In this document: piece by piece, positions 1 through 9,513 of the stretch
Numbering within the stretch: position 1 is the first letter of the stretch
Layout: each line of letters begins with the position of its first letter
Assembly (NCBI RefSeq): GCF_029504745.1
Contig: NZ_JAQFIQ010000029.1
Span: forward strand, 1-32,000
Reading direction: 5' to 3'
Source of the DNA: Breznakia sp. PF5-3
GTDB lineage: Bacteria; Bacillota_I; Bacilli_A; Erysipelotrichales; Erysipelotrichaceae
DNA length: 32,000 nucleotides
Made by a program: the position numbers and the translations under genes
Notes under the pieces: model-generated
Database searches by the model: none
Seen by the model: the letters and a program-made list of their open reading frames with translations, nothing else
Told to the model about the DNA's origin: nothing

Positions 1-119
1 AATATTATCCTTTCTCACAAAACACAAAGCTCCTTCTACTATACCGGTTTCATCTTAATGCAACAACCTGTTGCTTTAAGTTTAATAATCAAGGAGCGAT
101 GAAAAAAGTAAAAAAAGTC

Positions 120-148
120 TTGCAAAGCCGATGGATAAAGAGTATAAT
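120..148 (+). promoter_or_regulatory. Sigma-A-type promoter of the S10 ribosomal-protein operon
   Basis: TTGCAA (120-125), 17-nt spacer, TATAAT (143-148); about 125 nt upstream of the rpsJ ATG. Confidence 0.55.
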
Positions 149-271
149 CAATTCGTGACCGCAATGAAGTGCGAGGTTGCTGACACACCGATACACGTTG
201 TCATGGGTGGTGTGTTAGGGAATTCGGATGGAGCGAGTCTATAAATCAATTATAGATGAAAGGAGTTTATC
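149..271 (+). promoter_or_regulatory. Structured 5' leader of rpsJ (possible autoregulatory leader)
   Basis: Hairpin GACACACC/GGTGTGTT (182-216). Hairpin TCTATAA/TTATAGA (238-256) lies just upstream of the AGGAG SD (261-265). Confidence 0.3.
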
Positions 272-583
272 ATGGCAAAAAACAGTGTACGTATTAGATT
301 AAAAGCGTATGAACACAGAATCTTGGATGCAAGTGCAGAAAAGATCGTAAAATCAGCACAGTCTCACGGTGCGAAGAAAATTGTTGGTCCAGTACCACTA
401 CCAACTGAAAAGCAAGTTGTTACTATCTTGCGTGCGGTACATAAATATAAAGACTCTCGTGAACAGTTCGAAGTAAGAACTCACAAGCGTTTAATCGAAA
501 TCGTTGGTCCAACGGCTGAAACAATCGATTCTTTACAAAGATTGGAATTGCCAAGCGGTGTGGATATCGAAATCAAATTATAG
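272..583 (+). CDS. rpsJ: 30S ribosomal protein S10
   Basis: 103 aa; [11 protein letters not shown] and GPVPLPT motifs typical of S10; first gene of the S10 cluster; AGGAG SD 6 nt upstream. Confidence 0.97.
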   Translation: MAKNSVRIRLKAYEHRILDASAEKIVKSAQSHGAKKIVGPVPLPTEKQVVTILRAVHKYKDSREQFEVRTHKRLIEIVGPTAETIDSLQRLELPSGVDIEIKL

Positions 584-595
584 GAGGTGAAAACT

Positions 596-1366
596 ATGAA
601 AGGTATATTAGGACGTAAAATTGGCATGACTCAAGTTTTCACTGAAGATGGAGTATTAATTCCAGTAACAGTAGTTGAGGCTACACCAAATATTGTTTTA
701 CAAAAGAAAACAGTAGAAAATGATGGCTATGAAGCTGTTCAATTAGGATTTGAAGATGTAAAAGAACGTAGAGCGACAAAGGCTAGTAAAGGTCATGCAG
801 CAAAAGTAAACACTGCACCAAAGAAATTCGCTAGAGAAATTCGTGGTAATGGTATGACAGATCTAGAATTAGGAGCTGAAGTTAAAGTTGATATTTTTGA
901 AGCAGGGGACATCGTTGATGTTACTGGTACTTCAAAAGGAAAAGGGTTCATGGGAACAGTTGTGAGAAACAACGCTTCAATCGGACCTAAATCACATGGT
1001 TCTGGACACCACAGACACATTGGTTCTCTTGCTACAGGAGGTATTACTTCTCGTAAGGGTAAAATTGATAAAGGTACTGTGATGGCAGGGCAAGAAGGTG
1101 GATATAAAACAACGAACCAAAACTTGGAAATCATTAAAGTAGATGCAAATGAAAACTACTTATTGATTAAAGGAAATGTTCCAGGTCCTAAAAAGGGATT
1201 GGTAATTGTAAAATCTGCAGTTAAGAAAACTAAGAAAGATGCTGAAATATTAGTGTCTTATGAAGACGAAGTGGTTGAGGAAGTTGTAGAAGAAGTAGTT
1301 GCTACAGAAGCTGAACCAGTAGTTGAAGAAGTAGCTAGTGAAACTAGCGATGCTAAGGAGGAATAG
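596..1366 (+). CDS. rplC: 50S ribosomal protein L3, with acidic C-terminal extension
   Basis: [15 protein letters not shown] is the canonical L3 N-terminus. ATG 596 is preferred over the track's GTG 587 because GGAGG (583-587) overlaps the GTG and lies 8 nt from ATG 596. Confidence 0.95.
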   Translation: MKGILGRKIGMTQVFTEDGVLIPVTVVEATPNIVLQKKTVENDGYEAVQLGFEDVKERRATKASKGHAAKVNTAPKKFAREIRGNGMTDLELGAEVKVDIFEAGDIVDVTGTSKGKGFMGTVVRNNASIGPKSHGSGHHRHIGSLATGGITSRKGKIDKGTVMAGQEGGYKTTNQNLEIIKVDANENYLLIKGNVPGPKKGLVIVKSAVKKTKKDAEILVSYEDEVVEEVVEEVVATEAEPVVEEVASETSDAKEE

Positions 1367-1369
1367 AAG

Positions 1370-1999
1370 ATGGCTAAGGTGAGCGTTATTAACCAAGAAG
1401 GTAAAAAAGTAAAAGACATCACTTTAAAAGCTGATATCTTTGGAATTGAACCTAATCAACAAGTAATCTTTGACGCAATCGTTATGCAACAAGCTTCGAA
1501 ACGCCAAGGTACTCACGATGTGAAAAATCGTACAGAAGTTAGAGGAGGAGGGCGTAAGCCTTACCGCCAAAAGGGTAGCGGGCGTGCTCGTCAAGGTTCG
1601 ATTAGATCTCCACAATGGAGAGGTGGAGGAATTGTCTTTGGACCAACTCCAAGAAGTTATAAGTATTCTTTAAATAAAAAAGTTAGAAAATTAGCTTTGA
1701 AATCAGTATTATCTGAAAAAGCAATCGATAAAGATATTATCGTAGTAGACAAGTTTGAATTGGCTGCACCAAAAACAAAAGATTTCAAAAAAATCATTGA
1801 TGCAATTGGTGCAACTAAGAAAACATTATTTGTTGTAGATACAGAAGAAGATTACGAAAATGCATTGTTATCAATGAGAAACATTCAAAGCATGGTAATG
1901 TTACCTGCTGAAGGAATCAATGTTTATGATTTGGTAAATGCAAACAAACTAGTCTTTACAGAAGCAGCTATGAAAAAGGTTGAGGAGGTGCTTGGATAA
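1370..1999 (+). CDS. rplD: 50S ribosomal protein L4
   Basis: 209 aa; [30 protein letters not shown] is the L4 signature; position after rplC. Confidence 0.96.
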   Translation: MAKVSVINQEGKKVKDITLKADIFGIEPNQQVIFDAIVMQQASKRQGTHDVKNRTEVRGGGRKPYRQKGSGRARQGSIRSPQWRGGGIVFGPTPRSYKYSLNKKVRKLALKSVLSEKAIDKDIIVVDKFELAAPKTKDFKKIIDAIGATKKTLFVVDTEEDYENALLSMRNIQSMVMLPAEGINVYDLVNANKLVFTEAAMKKVEEVLG

Positions 2000-2286
2000 T
2001 GAAAAACGCTAGAGATATTATCATCCGTCCAATCATCACTGAAAAGACGATGACAAACATGGATAATGAAAACAAAGTTACATTCGAAGTAGTTAAAGGA
2101 TGTAATAAGACAGAAGTGAAACATGCTGTTGAAGAAATCTTTAATGTAAAGGTTGAAAAAGTAAACATCATGAATGTAAGACCAAAAGCAAAACGTATGG
2201 GTAAATACGAAGGTACTACAAAAGCAGTACGTAAAGCGATTGTAAAAGTAGCTGAAGGTCAAGAAATTAATTTATTCACTGAATAA
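1999..2286 (+). CDS. rplW: 50S ribosomal protein L23
   Basis: 95 aa; TAATG stop/start overlap with rplD; IIRPIITEK start typical of L23; synteny. Confidence 0.95.
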   Translation: MKNARDIIIRPIITEKTMTNMDNENKVTFEVVKGCNKTEVKHAVEEIFNVKVEKVNIMNVRPKAKRMGKYEGTTKAVRKAIVKVAEGQEINLFTE

Positions 2287-2346
2287 TATATACGAGGAGA
2301 ATCACGCTATTTCTCGTCATAAAATGCGTTAGGAGGAAAATGTTAA

Positions 2347-3180
2347 ATGGGTATTAAGAAGTATAAACCAACCACACCTGGTCGTCGTGGGATGACAAGT
2401 TTAACGTTCGAAGAAATTACAAAAACAACTCCAGAGAAAAGTTTAACAGAAAAACTTACAAAACATTCTGGTCGTAATAATGATGGACGTATCACAACAC
2501 GCCACAAAGGTGGTGGACACAAAAGACTGTATCGTGTAATTGATTTTAAAAGAAATAAAGATGGAATTGCAGCTACTGTAGCAGCAATTGAATATGATCC
2601 AAACCGTTCTGCCAATATTGCTTTATTAAGCTATGCAGATGGTGAAAAAAGATATATCTTAGCTCCAAAAGGATTAACTGTTGGAACAAAGGTTGAATCA
2701 GGAAGCGAAGCTGACATAAAAGTTGGTAACTGTATGGAAATGAAAGATATGCCAGAAGGTACTTTCATTCATAACGTTGAATTGAAGCCTGGTAAAGGTG
2801 GACAATTGGCAAGATCTGCTGGTTGTTCAGCACAAATCTTAGGTTTGGAAGGTAAGTATGTAACACTTCGTTTATCTTCAGGTGAAGTACGTAAAGTGTT
2901 AGCTAACTGTCGTGCAACAATTGGTGTTGTAGGAAATGAAGACCATAGCTTAGTAAATGTAGGGAAAGCTGGTAGAAGTCGTTGGAAAGGTATTCGTCCA
3001 ACTGTACGTGGATCAGTTATGAACCCGAATGATCACCCTCATGGTGGTGGGGAAGGTCGTACTCCGATCGGACGTAAATCACCAATGACACCTTGGGGTA
3101 AAAAAGCAATGGGTGTTGTAACTCGTAAAAAGAAAAACGCATCGGATAAATTGATTGTCCGTCGTCGTAACAGTAAGTAA
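2347..3180 (+). CDS. rplB: 50S ribosomal protein L2
   Basis: 277 aa; [16 protein letters not shown] and [13 protein letters not shown] motifs; AGGAGG SD at 2331-2336. Confidence 0.97.
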   Translation: MGIKKYKPTTPGRRGMTSLTFEEITKTTPEKSLTEKLTKHSGRNNDGRITTRHKGGGHKRLYRVIDFKRNKDGIAATVAAIEYDPNRSANIALLSYADGEKRYILAPKGLTVGTKVESGSEADIKVGNCMEMKDMPEGTFIHNVELKPGKGGQLARSAGCSAQILGLEGKYVTLRLSSGEVRKVLANCRATIGVVGNEDHSLVNVGKAGRSRWKGIRPTVRGSVMNPNDHPHGGGEGRTPIGRKSPMTPWGKKAMGVVTRKKKNASDKLIVRRRNSK

Positions 3181-3200
3181 GGCAAAGGAGGAAATGTAAA

Positions 3201-3476
3201 ATGAGTCGTAGTCTTAAAAAAGGACCTTTCTGTGATGAACACTTAATGAAAAAAGTGGAAGCAGTAAATGCGTCTGGGAAAAAAGAAGTAATTAAAACAT
3301 GGTCTCGTAGATCAACTATCTTCCCACAATTCGTGGAACATACTTTTGCCGTTTACAATGGTAAAGAACACTTACCGGTATATGTTACGGAAGATATGGT
3401 AGGTCATAAATTAGGTGAGTTTGTACCTACGAGAAAATACGCTGGTCACGGTAGTGATGATAAAAAGGCTAGATAG
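3201..3476 (+). CDS. rpsS: 30S ribosomal protein S19
   Basis: 91 aa; [10 protein letters not shown] and HKLGEF motifs; synteny. Confidence 0.97.
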   Translation: MSRSLKKGPFCDEHLMKKVEAVNASGKKEVIKTWSRRSTIFPQFVEHTFAVYNGKEHLPVYVTEDMVGHKLGEFVPTRKYAGHGSDDKKAR

Positions 3477-3490
3477 AGGAGGAATTAGTA

Positions 3491-3826
3491 ATGGAAGTTA
3501 AAGCAACAGCAAAAACTCTACGTATTCCACCAAGAAAAGCTAGACTAGTATTAGATCTTATCCGTGGAAAAGATGTAGAAGAAGCAGCCGCTATTTTGAG
3601 ATTTACACCTAACTTTGCTGCTGAAGCAACAGGTAAGGTATTGAACTCTGCAGTAGCAAATGCAGTAAACAATCATGATTTAGAAGAAGAAAGATTATAC
3701 GTAAAAGCATGTTACGCTGATGAAAGTGTTACTTTAAAACGTTTCATGCCACGTGCAAAAGGATCTGCAAGTGCGATCCACAAACGTACAAGTCACATCA
3801 CAGTTGTTGTGGCGGAAAGAGATTAG
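3491..3826 (+). CDS. rplV: 50S ribosomal protein L22
   Basis: 111 aa; [17 protein letters not shown] motif; synteny. Confidence 0.96.
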   Translation: MEVKATAKTLRIPPRKARLVLDLIRGKDVEEAAAILRFTPNFAAEATGKVLNSAVANAVNNHDLEEERLYVKACYADESVTLKRFMPRAKGSASAIHKRTSHITVVVAERD

Positions 3827-3836
3827 GAGGTAACTC

Positions 3837-4670
3837 ATGGGTCAAAAAGTAAGTCCAATCGGATTGAGAGTTGGTATTATCCGCGATTGGGAATCAAGAT
3901 GGTTCGCTGAAAAGGATTATGCTGACTTATTGTTAGAAGATATTAAAATTCGTGAATATTTATTTAAAGAACTTAAGGGTGCATCTGTCTCTAAAGTTGA
4001 AATTGAAAGAACAAAAAGCCGTGTTAATGTAATTATCAAAACTGCTATGCCAGGTATGGTAATTGGATCTAACGGTGGTGAAAATGTAGAAAAATTGAAA
4101 AAAGCATTAGTTAAGATGACAAATAACAAAGCAATTTATATCAAAGTATTGGAAATTGCGAATCCTTATTTGGATGCTAAGCTTGTAGCAAGAAACATTG
4201 CTGATCAATTGGAAAACCGTGCTTCATTTAGAACAGCACAAAAAAGAGCAATCCAACAAACTATGAGAGCAGGAGCAAAAGGAATTAAAACTGCAGTTTC
4301 TGGTCGATTAGGTGGTGCTGATATGGCTCGTACGGAAGGATATAGTGAAGGAAATGTACCTTTGCATACACTTCGTGCAGATATCGATTATGCTTGGGAA
4401 GAAGCGGCTACTACATATGGACGTTTAGGTGTTAAGGTTTGGATTTGTCGTGGTGAAGTATTACCAGGGGAAATGGTAAAAGAACCAGAAGCTCCAAAAG
4501 TTGATATGAGAGATCGTCGCCGTCCAAGAAGAAATAACGATAGAAGAAACAATAACAACAACCGCTCTGCAGGACAAAATGCAGGGGGAAGAGGTCCGGT
4601 AAAAGCAGCAGCTGAAAAAACAGAAGCAAAAGCGCCTGAAGCTGCAGCAAATACTGAAGGAGGTAATTAA
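3837..4670 (+). CDS. rpsC: 30S ribosomal protein S3, with long Arg/Asn-rich C-terminal extension
   Basis: [23 protein letters not shown] is the canonical S3 start. At 277 aa it is longer than typical S3 because of its low-complexity tail. Confidence 0.96.
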   Translation: MGQKVSPIGLRVGIIRDWESRWFAEKDYADLLLEDIKIREYLFKELKGASVSKVEIERTKSRVNVIIKTAMPGMVIGSNGGENVEKLKKALVKMTNNKAIYIKVLEIANPYLDAKLVARNIADQLENRASFRTAQKRAIQQTMRAGAKGIKTAVSGRLGGADMARTEGYSEGNVPLHTLRADIDYAWEEAATTYGRLGVKVWICRGEVLPGEMVKEPEAPKVDMRDRRRPRRNNDRRNNNNNRSAGQNAGGRGPVKAAAEKTEAKAPEAAANTEGGN

Positions 4671-4672
4671 TT

Positions 4673-5086
4673 ATGTTAATGCCTAAAAGAACAAAATATA
4701 GAAGACCACACCGTTTAAGCTATGAAGGTCGTGCGAAAGCAGGACGTGAAGTTGCTTTTGGTGAATATGGGTTAATGGCTGATACTGGAAACTATGTAAG
4801 TAACCGTCAAATTGAGGCTGCCCGTGTTGCTATGACACGTTACATGAAACGTGGTGGGAAAGTTTGGATTAAAATATTCCCTCATTTAGCAAGAACAGCA
4901 AAACCTCTTGAAGTACGTATGGGTTCTGGTAAAGGGGCACCTGACAGCTGGGTAGCAGTAGTAAAAGCTGGCTGTATCATGTTTGAAATTGCTGGAGTTA
5001 GCGAAGAAGTTGCACGTGAAGCATTCCGTTTGGCTTCTCACAAATTACCAGTAAAATGTAAGTTTGTTAAGAAGGGGGAAGAGTAA
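4673..5086 (+). CDS. rplP: 50S ribosomal protein L16
   Basis: 137 aa; [11 protein letters not shown] start and RMGSGKG motif. Confidence 0.97.
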   Translation: MLMPKRTKYRRPHRLSYEGRAKAGREVAFGEYGLMADTGNYVSNRQIEAARVAMTRYMKRGGKVWIKIFPHLARTAKPLEVRMGSGKGAPDSWVAVVKAGCIMFEIAGVSEEVAREAFRLASHKLPVKCKFVKKGEE

Positions 5087-5089
5087 TTT

Positions 5090-5287
5090 ATGTTAGCTAA
5101 AGAAATAAGAGAAAAAAGCAATGAAGAGTTGCTAAAAGATGTTGATTTACTAAAAGAAGAACTTTTTAACCTTCGTTTTCAACAAGCTACGGGGCAACTG
5201 GAAAACAGTGCTCGTATGAAAGATATTAAGAAGACAATTGCACGTATTAAAACAATTATGGGTGAAAGAGCCCGTGTAAGCGAATAG
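5090..5287 (+). CDS. rpmC: 50S ribosomal protein L29
   Basis: 65 aa; [19 protein letters not shown] motif; synteny. Confidence 0.95.
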   Translation: MLAKEIREKSNEELLKDVDLLKEELFNLRFQQATGQLENSARMKDIKKTIARIKTIMGERARVSE

Positions 5288-5299
5288 GAGGATGTTGTG

Positions 5300-5560
5300 A
5301 TGGAAAGATCAAATCGTAAAGTATATCGTGGAACAGTTGTTTCAGATAAAATGGACAAAACTATTACAGTTGTAGTAGAAACGAAAAAAACACATCCTTT
5401 ATATGGAAAACGTGTTAAATATTCGAAAAAATTCAAAGCTCACGATGCTAACAACGAAGCTAAGATCGGTGATAAGGTAGTAATTATGGAAACTCGTCCA
5501 TTAAGTGCTACAAAACGTTTCCGTTTGATAGAAATCGTTGAAAAAGCAGTTGTGCTGTAG
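5300..5560 (+). CDS. rpsQ: 30S ribosomal protein S17
   Basis: [19 protein letters not shown] and [13 protein letters not shown] motifs. ATG 5300 is preferred: 8 nt after AGGAGG (5286-5291), versus 5 nt for GTG 5297. Confidence 0.95.
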   Translation: MERSNRKVYRGTVVSDKMDKTITVVVETKKTHPLYGKRVKYSKKFKAHDANNEAKIGDKVVIMETRPLSATKRFRLIEIVEKAVVL

Positions 5561-5577
5561 GTCAGGAGGGTAATTTT

Positions 5578-5946
5578 ATGATTCAAAGTGAAAGTAGATT
5601 ACGCGTAGCCGACAACACTGGTGCAAAGGAAGTTTTGGTCATTAGAAACTTAGGTGGAAGTGTTCGTAAATTTTCAAACATTGGTGATATAGTAGTATGT
5701 ACTGTAAAACAGGCTGCTCCTGGTGGGACAGTAAAAAAAGGTGAAGTTGTAAAGGCTGTCATCGTTCGTACTGTTCGCGGAGTTAGAAGAGATAATGGAA
5801 CATACATTAAATTTGACGACAATGCGGTAGTAATTATTAAAGATGATAACACGCCTCGTGGTACCAGAATCTTTGGTCCAGTGGCGAGAGAATTGCGTGA
5901 AAAAGACTTTATGAAAATAGTGTCTTTGGCACCGGAAGTATTATAG
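5578..5946 (+). CDS. rplN: 50S ribosomal protein L14
   Basis: 122 aa; [17 protein letters not shown] start is canonical L14. Confidence 0.97.
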   Translation: MIQSESRLRVADNTGAKEVLVIRNLGGSVRKFSNIGDIVVCTVKQAAPGGTVKKGEVVKAVIVRTVRGVRRDNGTYIKFDDNAVVIIKDDNTPRGTRIFGPVARELREKDFMKIVSLAPEVL

Positions 5947-5957
5947 GAGGTATCTTT

Positions 5958-6266
5958 GTGAAAATCAAAAAAGGTGATAAAGTTCAAGTTATTACAGGAT
6001 CTGACAAAGGTACTGTAGCTGAAGTTATTAAAGTTCTTCCAAGAAGAGATATGGTTATCGTTGAAGGTGTAAACATGAAGAAAAAGCATTTAAAACCAAC
6101 ACAGGAAAATCCTGATGGTGGGATTGCTGAAGGTGAAGCACCAATTCATGTGTCTAATGTTATGGCATATGATGCAAAAGCGAAAAAGGCAAGCAGAATC
6201 TCATTCAAAGAAGAAAAAGGAAAGAAAGTACGCGTCTATTCAAAATCTGGCGCTACTATTAAGTAG
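5958..6266 (+). CDS. rplX: 50S ribosomal protein L24
   Basis: 102 aa; GTG start 8 nt after AGGAGG; KKGDKVQVITGSDKG (KOW motif). Confidence 0.95.
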   Translation: MKIKKGDKVQVITGSDKGTVAEVIKVLPRRDMVIVEGVNMKKKHLKPTQENPDGGIAEGEAPIHVSNVMAYDAKAKKASRISFKEEKGKKVRVYSKSGATIK

Positions 6267-6278
6267 GGAGGTATGATG

Positions 6279-6833
6279 ATGAACCGCCTAAATGAAAAAT
6301 ATCTTAAAGAAGTTAGTCCTTCTTTAATGAAGAAATTTGACTATAAATCTGTGATGGAAGTGCCTAAAGTTGAAAAAATTGTTATCAACATCGGTCTTGG
6401 TGAAGCTGTAGCAAATCCAAAGGTGATGGAAGATGCAGTTGCTGAACTTACACAAATCACAGGTCAAAAACCAGTTGTTACAAAAGCAAAAAAATCAATT
6501 GCGAACTATAAGCTTAGAGCTGGAATGCCAATTGGTTGTAAAGTAACATTACGTGGAGAAAAAATGTATGATTTCTTATACAAACTTGTAAATCTTTCTT
6601 TACCACGTGTGAGAGACTTCAGAGGAGTTTCAAACTCAGCATTTGATGGTAGAGGGAACTATACATTAGGTATTAAGGAACAAATTATTTTCCCAGAAAT
6701 TAATTATGATAAAGTTAGTAAATTGCGTGGTATGGATATTATTATCGTAACAACTGCAAATACTAATGATGAGGCAAAAGCTCTTCTTGAAGAGTTAGGA
6801 ATGCCTTTTAGAAAGCAAGGAGGACAAAACTAA
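6279..6833 (+). CDS. rplE: 50S ribosomal protein L5
   Basis: MNRLNEKY start matches Bacillus-type L5. The third of three tandem ATGs was chosen, 7 nt after GGAGG; the track start 6273 is 1 nt from the SD. Confidence 0.96.
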   Translation: MNRLNEKYLKEVSPSLMKKFDYKSVMEVPKVEKIVINIGLGEAVANPKVMEDAVAELTQITGQKPVVTKAKKSIANYKLRAGMPIGCKVTLRGEKMYDFLYKLVNLSLPRVRDFRGVSNSAFDGRGNYTLGIKEQIIFPEINYDKVSKLRGMDIIIVTTANTNDEAKALLEELGMPFRKQGGQN

Positions 6834-7018
6834 TGGCAAAGAAAGCGATGATCGAAAAATCAAAACGCCCTCAAAAGTTTAAAGTTCGTGAATATACTAG
6901 ATGCGAACGTTGTGGACGTCCTCATTCAGTTTTAAGAAAATACAAACTATGCCGTGTTTGCTTTAGAGAATTGGCTTATAAAGGTCAAATCCCTGGAGTT
7001 AAAAAGGCAAGTTGGTAA
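6833..7018 (+). CDS. rpsN: 30S ribosomal protein S14, short zinc-binding type Z
   Basis: 61 aa; CERCGRP...CRVC two CxxC pairs; TAATG overlap with rplE. Confidence 0.95.
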   Translation: MAKKAMIEKSKRPQKFKVREYTRCERCGRPHSVLRKYKLCRVCFRELAYKGQIPGVKKASW

Positions 7019-7036
7019 TAAGGAGGAATAGTTATT

Positions 7037-7432
7037 ATGATTATGACTGACCCAATTGCAGATATGCTAACAAGAGTAAGAAATGCTATTCAAGCGCGTC
7101 ATACAACAGTAGATATTCCTGCAAATAAAGAAAAGGTTGAAATCGCAAAGATTTTAAAAGAAGAAGGATTCATTACAGATTTTGAAGTGAGTGGTGATGT
7201 TAAGAAAACGATTACTGTTACTTTGAAATATGGTCCTAACAATGAAAAAGTAATCAATGGTATTAAGAGAATTTCATCACCTGGTCTTCGTGTTTACACG
7301 AAAGCAGATGATATGCCTAGAGTATTAAATGGTTTAGGTATTGCGATTATCTCTACAAGCCATGGATTGTTAACAGACAAAGATGCAAAAGCGAAAAATG
7401 TTGGTGGCGAAGTTGTCGCTTACGTTTGGTAG
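7037..7432 (+). CDS. rpsH: 30S ribosomal protein S8
   Basis: 131 aa; [17 protein letters not shown] is canonical S8. Confidence 0.96.
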   Translation: MIMTDPIADMLTRVRNAIQARHTTVDIPANKEKVEIAKILKEEGFITDFEVSGDVKKTITVTLKYGPNNEKVINGIKRISSPGLRVYTKADDMPRVLNGLGIAIISTSHGLLTDKDAKAKNVGGEVVAYVW

Positions 7433-7453
7433 TTAACGGAGGTAAAGTAAAGA

Positions 7454-8002
7454 ATGTCACGTATCGGAAATAAAGCGATTACCATTCCTGCTGGAGTAGA
7501 AATTACAATCTCTAGTACGAATGAGGTGACTGTTAAAGGACCTAAGGGAACTTTAGCTCGTCAATTCTCACCTTTGATGGATATCAAGGTTGAAGAAGGA
7601 ATTTTAAATGTTGCTCGTCAAAACGAACAAAAACATACAAAACAATTACATGGAACAACGCGTGCTCTTATTAACAACATGGTTGTGGGAGTATCGGAAG
7701 GATTTGTAAAAGAACTTGAACTTATTGGTATTGGGTTTAAAGCAAATCTTAAAGGTAAAGTTCTTGAATTGATTGTTGGATATTCTCATCCAATTAATAT
7801 TGAAATTGAAGATGGACTTACTTGTGAAGTACCTTCACAAACAGAAGTTAAGATTTCAGGAATTGATAAACAAAGAGTTGGTGAATGTGCTGCCAACATT
7901 AGAGCGGTTAGAAAACCAGAACCTTACAAAGGAAAAGGTATTCGCTATAAAGGTGAATATGTTCGTCGTAAGGAAGGTAAAACAGCTGCTAAGAAAGCAT
8001 AG
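7454..8002 (+). CDS. rplF: 50S ribosomal protein L6
   Basis: 182 aa; [16 protein letters not shown] start and [11 protein letters not shown] motif. Confidence 0.96.
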   Translation: MSRIGNKAITIPAGVEITISSTNEVTVKGPKGTLARQFSPLMDIKVEEGILNVARQNEQKHTKQLHGTTRALINNMVVGVSEGFVKELELIGIGFKANLKGKVLELIVGYSHPINIEIEDGLTCEVPSQTEVKISGIDKQRVGECAANIRAVRKPEPYKGKGIRYKGEYVRRKEGKTAAKKA

Positions 8003-8019
8003 AGTGGGAGGAGTAAAAT

Positions 8020-8376
8020 ATGATTAAGAAAACTGCAAAAAATGTTGAACGTAAACGCCGTCATGCACGTGTGCGTACGAAAATCAGTGGAACTCCAGAG
8101 TGCCCACGTTTAAATGTATTTCGTTCAAATGCGCATATACATGCACAAATTGTTGATGATGTGAATGGAAAAACTTTGGTTGCTGCTAGTAGCGTATCAA
8201 TGAAAATTGATAATGGTAGCAATGTAGAAGCTGCTACAAAAGTTGGTGAAGAAATCGCTAAACTTGCAAAGAAAGCAAAAATTGAAAATGTTGTATTTGA
8301 CCGTGGTGGATATATCTATCATGGACGTGTGAAAGCGTTAGCCGAAGCTGCTCGTGAAGCAGGGCTTAAGTTCTAA
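8020..8376 (+). CDS. rplR: 50S ribosomal protein L18
   Basis: 118 aa; [18 protein letters not shown] and [24 protein letters not shown] motifs. Confidence 0.96.
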   Translation: MIKKTAKNVERKRRHARVRTKISGTPECPRLNVFRSNAHIHAQIVDDVNGKTLVAASSVSMKIDNGSNVEAATKVGEEIAKLAKKAKIENVVFDRGGYIYHGRVKALAEAAREAGLKF

Positions 8377-8387
8377 AGGAGGTCACG

Positions 8388-9059
8388 ATGGAAAACAAAC
8401 AAGAGGAAACAAAAACAGTAGAAGTTGTTGAAGAAGTGGCAACTCCAGAAGTTAAAGCTGAAACAACAGAAACAAAAGATGCAAAACCAGCTGCTAAACC
8501 AGCTCCAAGACAAGCATCAAACAATAATAGAAGAAATGATCGTAAACCTGGTGGTAGAAGACCAAGAAGAGATCGTCAAGAAAAAGAATTTGAAGAACGT
8601 GTTGTTACAATTAACCGTGTAACAAAAGTAGTAAAAGGGGGACGTCGTTTCCGTTTTGCAGCTTTAGTTGTTATTGGTGATGGTAAAGGACGTGTTGGAT
8701 TTGGAACAGGAAAAGCAAATGAAGTTCCTGATGCAATTAAGAAAGCAATTGAAAACGCTAAGAAAAACTTATTTACAATTCCAACTGTTGGTACAACAAT
8801 TCCACACGCAATCACAGGAAATTATGGTGCAGGAAGCGTATTCTTACGTCCAGCATCAGAAGGTACTGGGGTAATTGCTGGTGGTGCCGTTCGTGATGTG
8901 TTAGAGGTAGCTGGTATCAAAGATGTTTTAACAAAATGTCTTGGTTCACGTACCCCAATTAACATGGTTCGTGCGACAATGGTTGCGTTACAAGAGCTAA
9001 AAACAGTGGAAGATATTGCACGTCTTCGTGGAAAAAAACCAGAAGAGATTCGTGGTTAG
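8388..9059 (+). CDS. rpsE: 30S ribosomal protein S5, with low-complexity N-terminal extension
   Basis: Core [40 protein letters not shown] is canonical S5, preceded by about 65 aa of Glu/Lys/Pro/Arg/Asn-rich sequence. Confidence 0.95.
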   Translation: MENKQEETKTVEVVEEVATPEVKAETTETKDAKPAAKPAPRQASNNNRRNDRKPGGRRPRRDRQEKEFEERVVTINRVTKVVKGGRRFRFAALVVIGDGKGRVGFGTGKANEVPDAIKKAIENAKKNLFTIPTVGTTIPHAITGNYGAGSVFLRPASEGTGVIAGGAVRDVLEVAGIKDVLTKCLGSRTPINMVRATMVALQELKTVEDIARLRGKKPEEIRG

Positions 9060-9071
9060 GAGGTATGCAAG

Positions 9072-9512
9072 ATGAAATTACATGAAATGAAATATAATGA
9101 AGGTGCTAGAAAAAATCGTAAACGTCTAGGACGTGGACATGCTTCAGGTACTGGAAAAACAGCAGGGAAGGGACATAAAGGACAAAATGCACGTTCAGGT
9201 GGTGGAGTTCGTTTAGGTTTTGAAGGTGGTCAAACACCATTAGCAAGAAGATTGCCAAAACGTGGATTTACAAACTTCACAAGAAAAGAATATGCAGTTG
9301 TTAATGTTGAATCTTTAAATAAATTTGATAATGGAGTGGAAGTTACTCCAGAATTATTAATTGAAACAGGTCTAGTTGGGAAAGAGTTATATGGAATCAA
9401 AATTCTAGGGCGTGGAGAATTAGAAAAGAAGTTAACTGTAAAAGCAAATAAATTTTCTAAATCAGCAGTAGCTGTTATAGAAAAAGCAGGCGGGAAAGCA
9501 GAGGTAATCTAA
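9072..9512 (+). CDS. rplO: 50S ribosomal protein L15
   Basis: 146 aa; [26 protein letters not shown] motif; follows rpsE directly with no rpmD between. Confidence 0.95.
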   Translation: MKLHEMKYNEGARKNRKRLGRGHASGTGKTAGKGHKGQNARSGGGVRLGFEGGQTPLARRLPKRGFTNFTRKEYAVVNVESLNKFDNGVEVTPELLIETGLVGKELYGIKILGRGELEKKLTVKANKFSKSAVAVIEKAGGKAEVI

Positions 9513-9513
9513 C

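Noticed and set aside
60-83. Short hairpin GCAACA-acc-TGTTGC followed by TTTAAGTTT, a possible terminator of the upstream (off-window) gene.
   Set aside because: The stem is only 6 bp with a 3-nt loop and an interrupted T-run. This is too weak to call without knowing the upstream gene.
99-158. 19-codon ORF (MKKVKKVLQSRWIKSIINS) preceded by AAGGAG.
   Set aside because: The SD-to-ATG spacing is only 2 nt. The ORF runs through the -35/-10 of the S10 promoter, so it would not be on the rpsJ transcript. It is most likely fortuitous.
793-1134. Antisense ORF (113 aa) inside rplC. Similar antisense ORFs lie inside other r-protein, secY, ecf and ahp genes: 1424-1615, 1924-2262, 2343-2615, 5583-6089, 8576-8815, 12086-12370, 17922-18335, 19732-19996 and 27967-28341.
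   Set aside because: All lie opposite strongly recognisable conserved genes. They lack SD sequences and have low-complexity, hydrophobic compositions typical of antisense frames in AT-rich DNA.
7773-8027. Same-strand alternative-frame ORFs within rplF (7773-8027) and rpsE (8425-8622, 8668-8874).
   Set aside because: They overlap canonical r-protein reading frames. The translated sequences are Lys/Gln/Leu-rich frame-shift artefacts with no ribosome-binding sites.
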